Part shown: piece by piece, positions 6,716 through 13,931 of the stretch
Layout of the letters: the number at the start of each line of letters is the position of its first letter
Numbering within the stretch: position 1 is the first letter of the stretch
IMG/VR virus record: IMGVR_UViG_3300048591_000212
DNA: 18,186 bases
DNA from: a virus
Taxonomy: Duplodnaviria > Heunggongvirae > Uroviricota > Caudoviricetes
Reading direction: 5' to 3' (one strand)
Translations under genes and position numbers: made by a program
Notes under the pieces: model-generated
Seen by the model: only the letters and a program-made list of their open reading frames with translations
Told to the model about the DNA's origin: nothing
Databases searched by the model: none

Positions 6716-6952
6716 ATGGAAATCTTCAAGACTCATGCAGACTACCCCGCCGCCTATGCTGAGGGTGTGAACGCCTTCTACAATGCAGTTAAGGTCACCG
6801 ACAATCCGTACCAACCCGAAGGCATTGACCTCACCACCTACAACGAAAATTTTCTCAAAATTGTGGCATGGGAAGACGGCTGGTACGATTCAGCAGCCAG
6901 AATTGCGTCACGAGAAGATGGCTGGTATGATTCGGCTGCTAACGCCTCTTAG
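6716..6952 (+). CDS. RMF/CrpP-fold-like small protein with duplicated C-terminal motif
   Basis: AYAEGVNA-x9-NPY...AWEDGW parallels RMF AHQRGYQA-x9-CPY...WLGGW. EDGWYDSAA occurs twice. Confidence 0.65.
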   Translation: MEIFKTHADYPAAYAEGVNAFYNAVKVTDNPYQPEGIDLTTYNENFLKIVAWEDGWYDSAARIASREDGWYDSAANAS

Positions 6953-6963
6953 TAAAATTGGCC

Positions 6964-6992
6964 TTGACAATTCTCTGAAAGAGTGCTATACT
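6964..6992 (+). promoter_or_regulatory. sigma70-type early promoter P9
   Basis: TTGACA, 17 nt, TATACT. ATG 7001 is 8 nt downstream. 29/33 identical to P8. Confidence 0.88.
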
Positions 6993-7000
6993 GGTATCAG

Positions 7001-7282
7001 ATGGGAAACGAACACTACAACAAGCTGTTGGCCTTCCTTCAGGAAACCTCAACGGCACCATACGGAGTTCTTGAGTCAAAGGGAATCAGTAAGAATATGC
7101 GCCCATACCGAAGAATCACCTTTGGTCTGGCTCGGACCTTGGATGCCTCGATTGACTTCTATGGACCCAAGTTCATGGTTTATCGAAACTCTCTGGGAAG
7201 AAATCTTCTTGGTGAGGCACCCGGAACCGTCTTTTCATCAACCGAAAAAATGATCGAACGTCTAAAGGAAATGGGATTCTAA
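7001..7282 (+). CDS. hypothetical protein (leaderless or near-leaderless)
   Basis: 93-aa ORF immediately after P9. Confidence 0.75.
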   Translation: MGNEHYNKLLAFLQETSTAPYGVLESKGISKNMRPYRRITFGLARTLDASIDFYGPKFMVYRNSLGRNLLGEAPGTVFSSTEKMIERLKEMGF

Positions 7283-7283
7283 C

Positions 7284-7646
7284 ATGAGAATTATTTTGAA
7301 TGAAGCCGAGATTAAGAAAATCGTTCTGGAAAAGTTTCCGAATATGGTAACTGCTCATTTCATGCGAAGCGAATCGGGAAAACTGGAACTGGATCTTCAA
7401 AGTTGTCCAGATAATCTCAGCGGGCAATCTTTCAGAACCATGAATTATGTTCGGGAGAATTTTCCGGTCCTTCTGGAACGTGAAGTGATTTCCGAAAGCC
7501 TGATCAAAAAGATGTTCATGGAATTTGGTCCAGCATCCGCAATGAAGATTCAGAATATCAAGAGGTTTCGTGAACTGGTTCCCGACGCTTCCCTGCTTGA
7601 AGCGAAAAAGATTTCTGAATTTATTATGGACTTGAAAAATGCCTAA
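7284..7646 (+). CDS. protein with C-terminal ribosomal bL12 (L7/L12) CTD-like helical motif
   Basis: KIQNIKRFRELVPDASLLEAKKISE compared with E. coli bL12 [24 protein letters not shown]. Confidence 0.65.
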   Translation: MRIILNEAEIKKIVLEKFPNMVTAHFMRSESGKLELDLQSCPDNLSGQSFRTMNYVRENFPVLLEREVISESLIKKMFMEFGPASAMKIQNIKRFRELVPDASLLEAKKISEFIMDLKNA

Positions 7647-7725
7647 GAATGACTTTGTTCGCTGGACCTTTCAGTTTGCGATTCTCTTTGGTTTGGTCTG
7701 GGCACTAGTGATGGTTGGTGAGTAA
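7639..7725 (+). CDS. 28-aa single-pass membrane peptide MPKNDFVRWTFQFAILFGLVWALVMVGE
   Basis: Read by hand. It overlaps the previous stop and fills the gap before the Clp-like gene. Confidence 0.55.
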   Translation: MPKNDFVRWTFQFAILFGLVWALVMVGE

Positions 7726-7741
7726 AAGAAAGATTTTTATA

Positions 7742-8749
7742 ATGAAAAATAACATGATTGAGGAAATGAAGACTCTTGTCATCGGACAGGATTCGATGAT
7801 CGAGGCCGTCATCCCCTATGTGAAGACCTTTCAGGCTGGCCTGACGATGCCGGGGCGTCCGATTGGTTGTTTCTTCTTGGCTGGTCCTACTGGTACGGGA
7901 AAGACTCACTCTGTCGGAAAGCTGGCGGAATTGATTCATGGCAGTGAGCAGAACATTCTTCGTATTGACTGTGGAGAGTTCCAGTTGGAGCATGAGGTTG
8001 CCAAGCTCATCGGGGCACCCCCCGGCTACCTCGGCCATCGCGAGACTGCGCCGATGATCAGTCAATCGAAGCTCAATGCCGCTGCCAGTGAGCGGTCTCC
8101 CATCTCGATTCTGTTGTTTGATGAAATTGAGAAGGCGGCTGACTCCATGAAGCAAATTCTGCTTGGTGTTCTGGACCGAGCACAATTGAAGTTGGGTGAC
8201 AACACCGTTGTCAATTTTGAGCGCACTCTGATCTTCATGACCTCGAATGTTGGCGCGGAGAATATTCGAGAAATTCTCACGAAGCGTACCATTGGTTTTG
8301 GGAGCGGACCCAACAAGGCCAAGGGAACCAAGAAGGCCATTAACGAGGCCATGAAGGAACATTTCTCTCCTGAGTTTATCAATCGTATTGACGAGATCAT
8401 TCCGTTCAATTCTCTGACTCAGGATAATATTTTGAAGATTGTTGATATTGAATTGTCCAAGTACATCAATTTCTTTGGTTCTCGCGCCCCTCGCTTTGAG
8501 CTTTCTGTGTCCGATGCTGCCAAGAAATTTATTGCAAAATCCGGCTTTAGTGAAGAATTTGGTGCCCGAAGCCTGAAGCGTTTTCTTCAGAAGGAAGTTT
8601 ACCAGAAGGTCACTGATATCGTAGTTGATGCTGATGCTGATGCCTTTGGAACGATTGAGGTTTCCAAAAATCGTGGTGGGCTGGCCTTCAATTTCGTTCA
8701 AAAAGAAACCAACAAGCCAGTGGTCAAGAAGAAGGGGGCGGCTAAGTGA
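7742..8749 (+). CDS. stand-alone ClpA/B/C second AAA domain ATPase (AAA_2 + D2-small)
   Basis: GRPIGCFFLAGPTGTGKT, RIDCGEF..EHEVAKLIGAPPGYLG, LLFDEIEKA, IFMTSNVG, FSPEFINRID and FGARSLKR are all present. There is no N-domain or first AAA domain. Start 7742 or 7754. Confidence 0.9.
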   Translation: MKNNMIEEMKTLVIGQDSMIEAVIPYVKTFQAGLTMPGRPIGCFFLAGPTGTGKTHSVGKLAELIHGSEQNILRIDCGEFQLEHEVAKLIGAPPGYLGHRETAPMISQSKLNAAASERSPISILLFDEIEKAADSMKQILLGVLDRAQLKLGDNTVVNFERTLIFMTSNVGAENIREILTKRTIGFGSGPNKAKGTKKAINEAMKEHFSPEFINRIDEIIPFNSLTQDNILKIVDIELSKYINFFGSRAPRFELSVSDAAKKFIAKSGFSEEFGARSLKRFLQKEVYQKVTDIVVDADADAFGTIEVSKNRGGLAFNFVQKETNKPVVKKKGAAK

Positions 8750-8877
8750 TGAAACATATTATTGACAACTTTATGAATTGGTGCTGTGTTCGATTTCATA
8801 CTCGAATCACCCGCCCTGTACATGGAGTCTATGTATGTCTGGAATGTGGACGAAGACATCAGGCTCCATTTAAGTGA
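8749..8877 (+). CDS. 42-aa Cys/His (zinc-ribbon-like) protein MKHIIDNFMNWCCVRFHTRITRPVHGVYVCLECGRRHQAPFK
   Basis: Absent from the ORF track. TGATG coupling to the Clp-like stop. Pattern WC-x3-H-x5-P-x-HG-x-Y-x-C-x2-CG. Confidence 0.7.
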   Translation: MKHIIDNFMNWCCVRFHTRITRPVHGVYVCLECGRRHQAPFK

Positions 8878-8884
8878 GGACATT

Positions 8885-9076
8885 ATGCATTTTACATGTA
8901 ACGAATGCGGCGAAGTTTTGAATACTCTTTCGACTAAGACGTATTGTGCCAACTGTGGATGGGATATCACGGAATCAATTGTGGATTTCGATAATCTAAT
9001 TGTTCATGGTAAACGATATGATATTGTGAAGTATTATGAAAACATAATTGAAAAGATTCTTGAGAAGGCGAAATAA
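8885..9076 (+). CDS. small zinc-ribbon protein
   Basis: SD GAGGA before ATG 8885. CNEC...CANC. The track start at 8786 overlaps the 42-aa gene. Confidence 0.7.
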   Translation: MHFTCNECGEVLNTLSTKTYCANCGWDITESIVDFDNLIVHGKRYDIVKYYENIIEKILEKAK

Positions 9077-9261
9077 TGAATATGCTGCCATTGCTGGTCT
9101 TATTGTATTTTGTCATTGGATTTTTCTTCTTAAGATATAATTATAATTTCGGTGGATGGATTAGTATGATAGCTCATTTCCATTCAAAATTGGCTATTTT
9201 ACTCTATGTATTAAGTTTACTTCTGTGGCCCATTTTTATTATATTTGCGGCGCGGTGGTAG
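9076..9261 (+). CDS. small membrane protein
   Basis: TAATG coupling and two hydrophobic segments. Confidence 0.7.
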   Translation: MNMLPLLVLLYFVIGFFFLRYNYNFGGWISMIAHFHSKLAILLYVLSLLLWPIFIIFAARW

Positions 9262-9273
9262 CAAAAGTAGATT

Positions 9274-9486
9274 ATGTCTTGGAAAAGAAAAGCAACCGAA
9301 AAGAAGACTAGAGAGTATGGTCCGAGAACAATTGATTCGTCTTGTAGAAACGACGGCGACTGTCCTTGGTGCCGAGGCAACCGGACATTTTCAACAAAAA
9401 AGAGAATGTCTGAATTTGACGAAAAAGACCTTGACAAGTTCAAGGAAATGTGGTATGATGGAGAAGGAGAAAATGAATATGAATGA
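9274..9486 (+). CDS. conserved small phage protein with Cys cluster
   Basis: IDSSCRNDGDCPWCRGNR recalls a family common in large phages. Confidence 0.72.
   Translation: MSWKRKATEKKTREYGPRTIDSSCRNDGDCPWCRGNRTFSTKKRMSEFDEKDLDKFKEMWYDGEGENEYE
9431..9459 (+). promoter_or_regulatory. sigma70-type promoter P10
   Basis: TTGACA, 17 nt, TATGAT with TGG extension, followed by SD GGAGAAGGAG and ATG 9473. Confidence 0.75.
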
Positions 9487-9760
9487 AACTGAAAATGTAG
9501 TGATGACTGAAAAGCGCCGACGCGGGCGTCCGCGTCTGGATCGTATGAACAAGCTGAAGGAATTTGTTGAGTCCCTTCGGACGACCTTTCCTGAAACCGA
9601 CCTGTTTAGCCGTGAACAGCTTCAAGTCGTTGGTGATTCGAATATGATTGGCATGACCATGTTCACCAGCGACAAGGCTGGCTTGGGTTTGGAGACTCGC
9701 GTTGGTCGCGGCAAGTATGCCATTCCTTCTAAGTGGCTGAATGGTTCGGCACCTTGGTAA
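9473..9760 (+). CDS. putative DNA-binding protein (AT-hook-like RRGRPR plus wing-like RVGRGKY)
   Basis: SD-led ATG 9473 after P10. The track start at 9245 overlaps other genes. Confidence 0.7.
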   Translation: MNMNETENVVMTEKRRRGRPRLDRMNKLKEFVESLRTTFPETDLFSREQLQVVGDSNMIGMTMFTSDKAGLGLETRVGRGKYAIPSKWLNGSAPW

Positions 9761-9764
9761 TAGG

Positions 9765-9771
9765 CTAAATA
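9765..9771 (+). promoter_or_regulatory. T4-type late promoter-like motif CTAAATA
   Basis: Lies in the intergenic gap, 7 nt before the rnh ATG. Confidence 0.5.
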
Positions 9772-9778
9772 TGATTTA

Positions 9779-10660
9779 ATGATACTACTTGATTTTTATC
9801 AACTCTCTTTCTCCGAGTTGATGCAAGAAATAAACATCAGCCGAAAAGAAGAGAGCCTGAATTTAGATAATGTTAGGTACATGATTCTGAATTCGATAAG
9901 ATCAGTATTCGTTAAATTTAGAGAAAAGTACGGACGACTTGTGATCATCTGTGATACTAAAAATTACTGGAGATCACAAGTCTTTCCCTATTACAAAAAG
10001 AATCGTTCAAAGAAGATGGCGGATTCTCCTCTGGACTGGAATCGAATATTTCATCTGATTAACACGGTCAAACAGGAAATCATAGATAATTTTCCTTATC
10101 CAGTGATTCAGGTCGGCGGCATCGAGGCCGATGATATCATTGCTGTCCTAATCAAGAGTTTCTGGAAATTTGATGATATTCTGATTATCTCAAAGGACAA
10201 GGACTTTCTTCAGCTTCAGAAATATTCGAAAGAGAAAATCCGACAATATGATGTGTCGGCTCGAAGATTCTTGGAGGAGAACGACCCAGAGACGTTTCTG
10301 AGGTCTCTGATTATTCAAGGGGACTATAGTGACGGCATACCGAGTATTCTTTCTGATGATGACGCCTTTGTGAACGAGAAGAAACCTAAACGAAAAGTGA
10401 ATGCGGCCCTACTGTCCAAACTCTTGGATGCCGGGGATACCATGTTCAATTATCTCACTCCAGAAGAGATTCGAAATTTTCATCGAAATCAAAGCCTGAT
10501 TGATTTCGACTATATTCCAAAGGAAATAGAGGACATCATTCTCGATGAATTCGTGGACCATAAAACGAATAATGATCTCACTACCATCTATAAATACCTA
10601 ACAGAGAAACAACTCAAACCGCTGATAACAAAAATTGGAGATTTTTACCAAAATGATTAA
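9779..10660 (+). CDS. rnh: T4-like RNase H / 5'-3' exonuclease
   Basis: ILLDFYQL, ICDTKNYWR..FPYYKKNR, EADDIIAVL, IISKDKDFLQLQ, GDYSDGIPSILS, RNQSLIDF. Confidence 0.93.
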   Translation: MILLDFYQLSFSELMQEINISRKEESLNLDNVRYMILNSIRSVFVKFREKYGRLVIICDTKNYWRSQVFPYYKKNRSKKMADSPLDWNRIFHLINTVKQEIIDNFPYPVIQVGGIEADDIIAVLIKSFWKFDDILIISKDKDFLQLQKYSKEKIRQYDVSARRFLEENDPETFLRSLIIQGDYSDGIPSILSDDDAFVNEKKPKRKVNAALLSKLLDAGDTMFNYLTPEEIRNFHRNQSLIDFDYIPKEIEDIILDEFVDHKTNNDLTTIYKYLTEKQLKPLITKIGDFYQND

Positions 10661-11084
10661 GAATAATGATGTCCTTTCCTTTCTGGAAGCCGCCAACAAG
10701 ATCGAATCTGATGAAGAACGAGTTTCCTATTTTAAGGAAAATTTAAGAATTCATTCGGCAAAGGTTCTGGCCTGTATTCACAATCCGAGCATTCAGTTCT
10801 TTAGTCCCGGAGCGAATTTTTCGTACAAGAAAAATGAGACCTACGGAAAGGCCGACTCGAAGCTGTCGATTGAGATTCGCCGCCTGAAGATTTTTCTGAA
10901 GGATGCTCCGTACACGAAGGAAAAGAAACTGACCAAGCTGATTCAGGTCTGTGAGAATATTCCCGGCGACGAGGCAGAATTTCTACTAAATCACATTTTA
11001 CGAAAAACGAATCCATTCAAGAATATCGGCAAGGTATTTTTGAGAAATAACTTTCCAGAGATTTTGAATTTAACGATTGATTAA
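10653..11084 (+). CDS. conserved T4-like phage hypothetical protein (DUF6433-like)
   Basis: Overlaps the rnh stop. The pattern L..E.RRL..F.K...IQ..E.....EAE.L...FP.I resembles the gene that follows rnh in many T4-like phages. Confidence 0.7.
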   Translation: MIKNNDVLSFLEAANKIESDEERVSYFKENLRIHSAKVLACIHNPSIQFFSPGANFSYKKNETYGKADSKLSIEIRRLKIFLKDAPYTKEKKLTKLIQVCENIPGDEAEFLLNHILRKTNPFKNIGKVFLRNNFPEILNLTID

Positions 11085-11105
11085 GTACGACACCTGTGCT
11101 ATACT
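11077..11105 (+). promoter_or_regulatory. sigma70-type promoter P11 for the clamp/clamp-loader operon
   Basis: TTGATT, 17 nt, TATACT with TGC extension. SD AGGAG follows. Confidence 0.75.
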
Positions 11106-11127
11106 GATAATAGGAGATAATGAATAA

Positions 11128-11790
11128 GTGAAAATCGGACAAACTACCCTAAAGATTTTGAATAACTTCTGTTCCATTAATAATGGAATTATCGTTCGAC
11201 GCGGGAATATTCTGAGGACGATCTCAGAATCAAAGGTGATTCTGGCTGAGGCAACCGTCGAAGAACTATTTGAACGAGACTTCTCTTTCTATAATCTAAG
11301 AAAATTTCTTTCGGCAATTAACCTCTTCAACGACCCAGATATCGAATTCGGAGAGAAATCGGTTACAATTTCATCTGGTAATCAGGCCGTCGAGTTCTTT
11401 TATACTTCTCCAGAATTGCTACTAGAGGCCCCATCTAATCGAAATTTCCCAACAAATCCTGATGTGAGTTTTGATCTTTCTGAAGAGAACATTAAGTATA
11501 TTCTTCGGACCAGCGGCCTGCTGGACTGTGATGTTCTGAAGATTTCATCATGTGCCGATCTTACTGGTGTGACTCTTACAGTAAATCAGGAGTCCCACGC
11601 CACATCCGACTCTTCGACCATTGTTATTGAGGGTTCATATAAAGAACCTTTCGAGTTTCTTTTTGAGATCGAAAACCTAAAGATTCTTTCTGATAATTAT
11701 CGAGTCGGCCTATTCAATCGCGGCATGATTCGGTTCTCGTCTGCGTCAAATGAACTTGATTATTATATTGGCCTAAAGGTGAAAAAGTGA
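11128..11790 (+). CDS. 45: sliding clamp (T4 gp45-like)
   Basis: GTG start. TLKILNNFCSINNGIIVRRGNILRTIS..KVILAEATVEE.FERDF..YNL..FLS, and F.F.FEIENLKIL..NY.V. Confidence 0.92.
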   Translation: MKIGQTTLKILNNFCSINNGIIVRRGNILRTISESKVILAEATVEELFERDFSFYNLRKFLSAINLFNDPDIEFGEKSVTISSGNQAVEFFYTSPELLLEAPSNRNFPTNPDVSFDLSEENIKYILRTSGLLDCDVLKISSCADLTGVTLTVNQESHATSDSSTIVIEGSYKEPFEFLFEIENLKILSDNYRVGLFNRGMIRFSSASNELDYYIGLKVKK

Positions 11791-12758
11791 ACCTAATCGA
11801 AAATACATTATGGACCGAAAAATGGAGACCGAAGAAAATTGATGACTGTGTGTTGTCGAAGCAAAACAAGAGACTATTCAAGGCATTGGTAGCAAATCGG
11901 GATATTCCGAACATGCTGTTTGTCGGGACAGCGGGAGTCGGTAAGACCACAGTAGCGAAAGCCCTTGCCGCAGAATTGGGAATGGATGTTATGTTCATTC
12001 CGGCCTCGGAAAAAAACGGAATCGATGTTCTTCGAAACGAAATCAAGAGTTTTGCCTCAACGGTATCAATCTGTTCTGATGGACTTCAAAAATTAGTGAT
12101 TCTGGACGAGGCCGACTTTCTGAATCCGTCCTCAACACAGCCAGCCCTGAGATCCTTTATTGAGGAATACTCTCGAAACTGTCGCTTCATCTTCACCGCC
12201 AATTATAAGAACAAGATCATCGAACCTCTGCTATCCCGGCTCAATTCGGTTGAGTTCACGATTCCATCCAACGAAAAGCTGAAACTGGCCGACAAGATCA
12301 TGAAGCGCATTGTCGGAATTCTGAAGCATGAAAAGGTTCAGATCGCAGACGAACATATCGGAGTTTTGGCTCAGGTTATTCTAAAGCATTTTCCTGACTT
12401 CCGAAAGACTATTTCTGAGATTCAGAAGTATTCTATTGAGAACGATAACACAATCGACGCCGGAATTCTTCGTCTGAGCGATGTGAATGTAGATGAATTA
12501 TTCAAACATCTCAAAACAAAGAATTTTAATTCAATGAGAAAATGGGTTGCCGACAATTCCGATTCGGAACCAAATACTTTGATGCGAAAGATTTTCGATG
12601 GTCTAGATAAGAATATGGAGCGAGGCTCCATTCCGCAGGCCATTCTTATTATTGCTGAGTATATGCACCGGGCAAACTTTGTTGTCGATCATGAGATCAA
12701 TATTACTGCCATGTGTATTCAGATCATGGCTGAATGTTTGTTTTTGAAGGGAGAATAA
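11787..12758 (+). CDS. 44: clamp loader large (ATPase) subunit (T4 gp44-like)
   Basis: LWTEKWRPKKIDDCVL, GTAGVGKTT, ILDEADFL, NCRFIFTANY, LLSRL, HFPDFRK. Confidence 0.95.
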   Translation: MNLIENTLWTEKWRPKKIDDCVLSKQNKRLFKALVANRDIPNMLFVGTAGVGKTTVAKALAAELGMDVMFIPASEKNGIDVLRNEIKSFASTVSICSDGLQKLVILDEADFLNPSSTQPALRSFIEEYSRNCRFIFTANYKNKIIEPLLSRLNSVEFTIPSNEKLKLADKIMKRIVGILKHEKVQIADEHIGVLAQVILKHFPDFRKTISEIQKYSIENDNTIDAGILRLSDVNVDELFKHLKTKNFNSMRKWVADNSDSEPNTLMRKIFDGLDKNMERGSIPQAILIIAEYMHRANFVVDHEINITAMCIQIMAECLFLKGE

Positions 12759-12762
12759 TATT

Positions 12763-13143
12763 ATGTATTTTGATAAAAGTGAATGGACTCTTGTTGGGCA
12801 TATCGGAGTTGATGCGGGTCTGTGCTGGATCGGTGATCCGTGCTATATTCTACATAGAGACAAACTTCCCGAAACTCTTGGAAAAAATTGGGATCAATTT
12901 TGTGATACTCTTGAGAGCTATCCTCTAGCTAAGTCATTTAATCATGATTTGGGTCACGAGGGGCTTGGAGTTGTGGTGTCCACTGGATATGGCGACGGAA
13001 CTTACCCGGTCTATGTGAAATATATTGATGATCGGGATTGGGGTAAGCGAGTTGTTGGTGTTTATGTTGACTTTCTCGGTGAAATGGAAGAAGAGGAATA
13101 CGATGACGAAGATGAAGAAGATGAAGAAGATGATGATGAATAA
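12763..13143 (+). CDS. conserved phage protein (DUF4241-like fold) with acidic tail
   Basis: SD GGAG. GVDAGLCWIGDPCY...VSTGYGDGTYPVY. C-terminal EEEEYDDEDEEDEEDDDE. Confidence 0.8.
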   Translation: MYFDKSEWTLVGHIGVDAGLCWIGDPCYILHRDKLPETLGKNWDQFCDTLESYPLAKSFNHDLGHEGLGVVVSTGYGDGTYPVYVKYIDDRDWGKRVVGVYVDFLGEMEEEEYDDEDEEDEEDDDE

Positions 13144-13549
13144 TCTCTCCCAAAAATCGAAACTTCTGGCCTCTAAGATAAGAAAAAATTCGAATGAATT
13201 AAAAGAAATAACTCACCGTCTGGTTGACGCCAGAAACAAACTTTTGAGTAAATGTAACCATGAATATGTGATTCAGTTGAACCCCTATAATAGAGGAACA
13301 TATTCCTATGATTTTGATAATTGGGAGGCGGAAACCAGACAGTGTATGGTGTGCGGAATGATGGAATGGGGAAAACCGGAGGGTAATGGCAGTCACACAA
13401 AATTCGAATATTTAGCCACTTACCAGAAAAGAGTCCAAATTTCCAGCTATGATAAGAGAGATGGCGTCACTAAGATGAAACATAAACATTTTATTGAATA
13501 TCCTCTATCCGAAGTCATTGAATATTGCGAAACATTCGGAATTGATTAA
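13136..13549 (+). CDS. hypothetical protein with Cys/His motif (C-x-H...C-x2-C)
   Basis: Overlaps the previous stop (ATGs at 13130/13133/13136). KCNHEY...QCMVCG. Confidence 0.7.
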   Translation: MNNLSQKSKLLASKIRKNSNELKEITHRLVDARNKLLSKCNHEYVIQLNPYNRGTYSYDFDNWEAETRQCMVCGMMEWGKPEGNGSHTKFEYLATYQKRVQISSYDKRDGVTKMKHKHFIEYPLSEVIEYCETFGID

Positions 13550-13550
13550 T

Positions 13551-13931
13551 ATGCCAACTTCCCAAGAGATTCTTAAATCAATTAATGTTACCAAGGATTC
13601 AGACCTAATTGATAGCTCCAATGAATCTGACTATGTTCCATTCTTTATTAATCGGGCACTCTCTTTCTATCCAGACACGATTCTTCATGCTAATAACATG
13701 AATCGGTACTCGAATCTGAATAAAACAGATCAGTATAAATACTATGTGTACGGAACAGCCAAGCGCAACAGGTATACTCCTTGGGCGAAATTTAATCCAT
13801 CCAAAAAATTGGAATTAATTAAGAAATACTCTGGCCTTTCCTACACTAGAGCGAAGGAGATCCTTCCTCTTATTAATGATTCATTATTATTAGAAATAGA
13901 AAAGGAAATGGAAAAGAGAAATGCTGAATGA
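13551..13931 (+). CDS. 62: clamp loader small subunit (T4 gp62-like)
   Basis: ILKSINVTK, YVPFFINRALSFYPDTILHANNMNRY, KRNRYTPWAK, IKKYSGLSYTRAKEIL. Confidence 0.9.
   Translation: MPTSQEILKSINVTKDSDLIDSSNESDYVPFFINRALSFYPDTILHANNMNRYSNLNKTDQYKYYVYGTAKRNRYTPWAKFNPSKKLELIKKYSGLSYTRAKEILPLINDSLLLEIEKEMEKRNAE

Noticed and set aside
7643-8701. 352-aa minus-strand ORF, and similar long antisense ORFs (2480-3229, 1869-2321, 11714-12046)
   Set aside because: These are shadows of well-supported plus-strand genes and have no recognisable motifs or start signals.
8762-8790. TTGACA before the track ORF at 8786
   Set aside because: No -10 at 17 nt (TGTGTT), and it lies inside the coupled 42-aa gene.
13081-13143. 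GATGAA-rich low-complexity repeat
   Set aside because: Explained by the encoded Asp/Glu tail.
10589-13741. Exact TATAAATA at 10589 and 13734
   Set aside because: Both are inside coding sequence at Tyr-Lys-Tyr codons, so they cannot be called late promoters from sequence alone.
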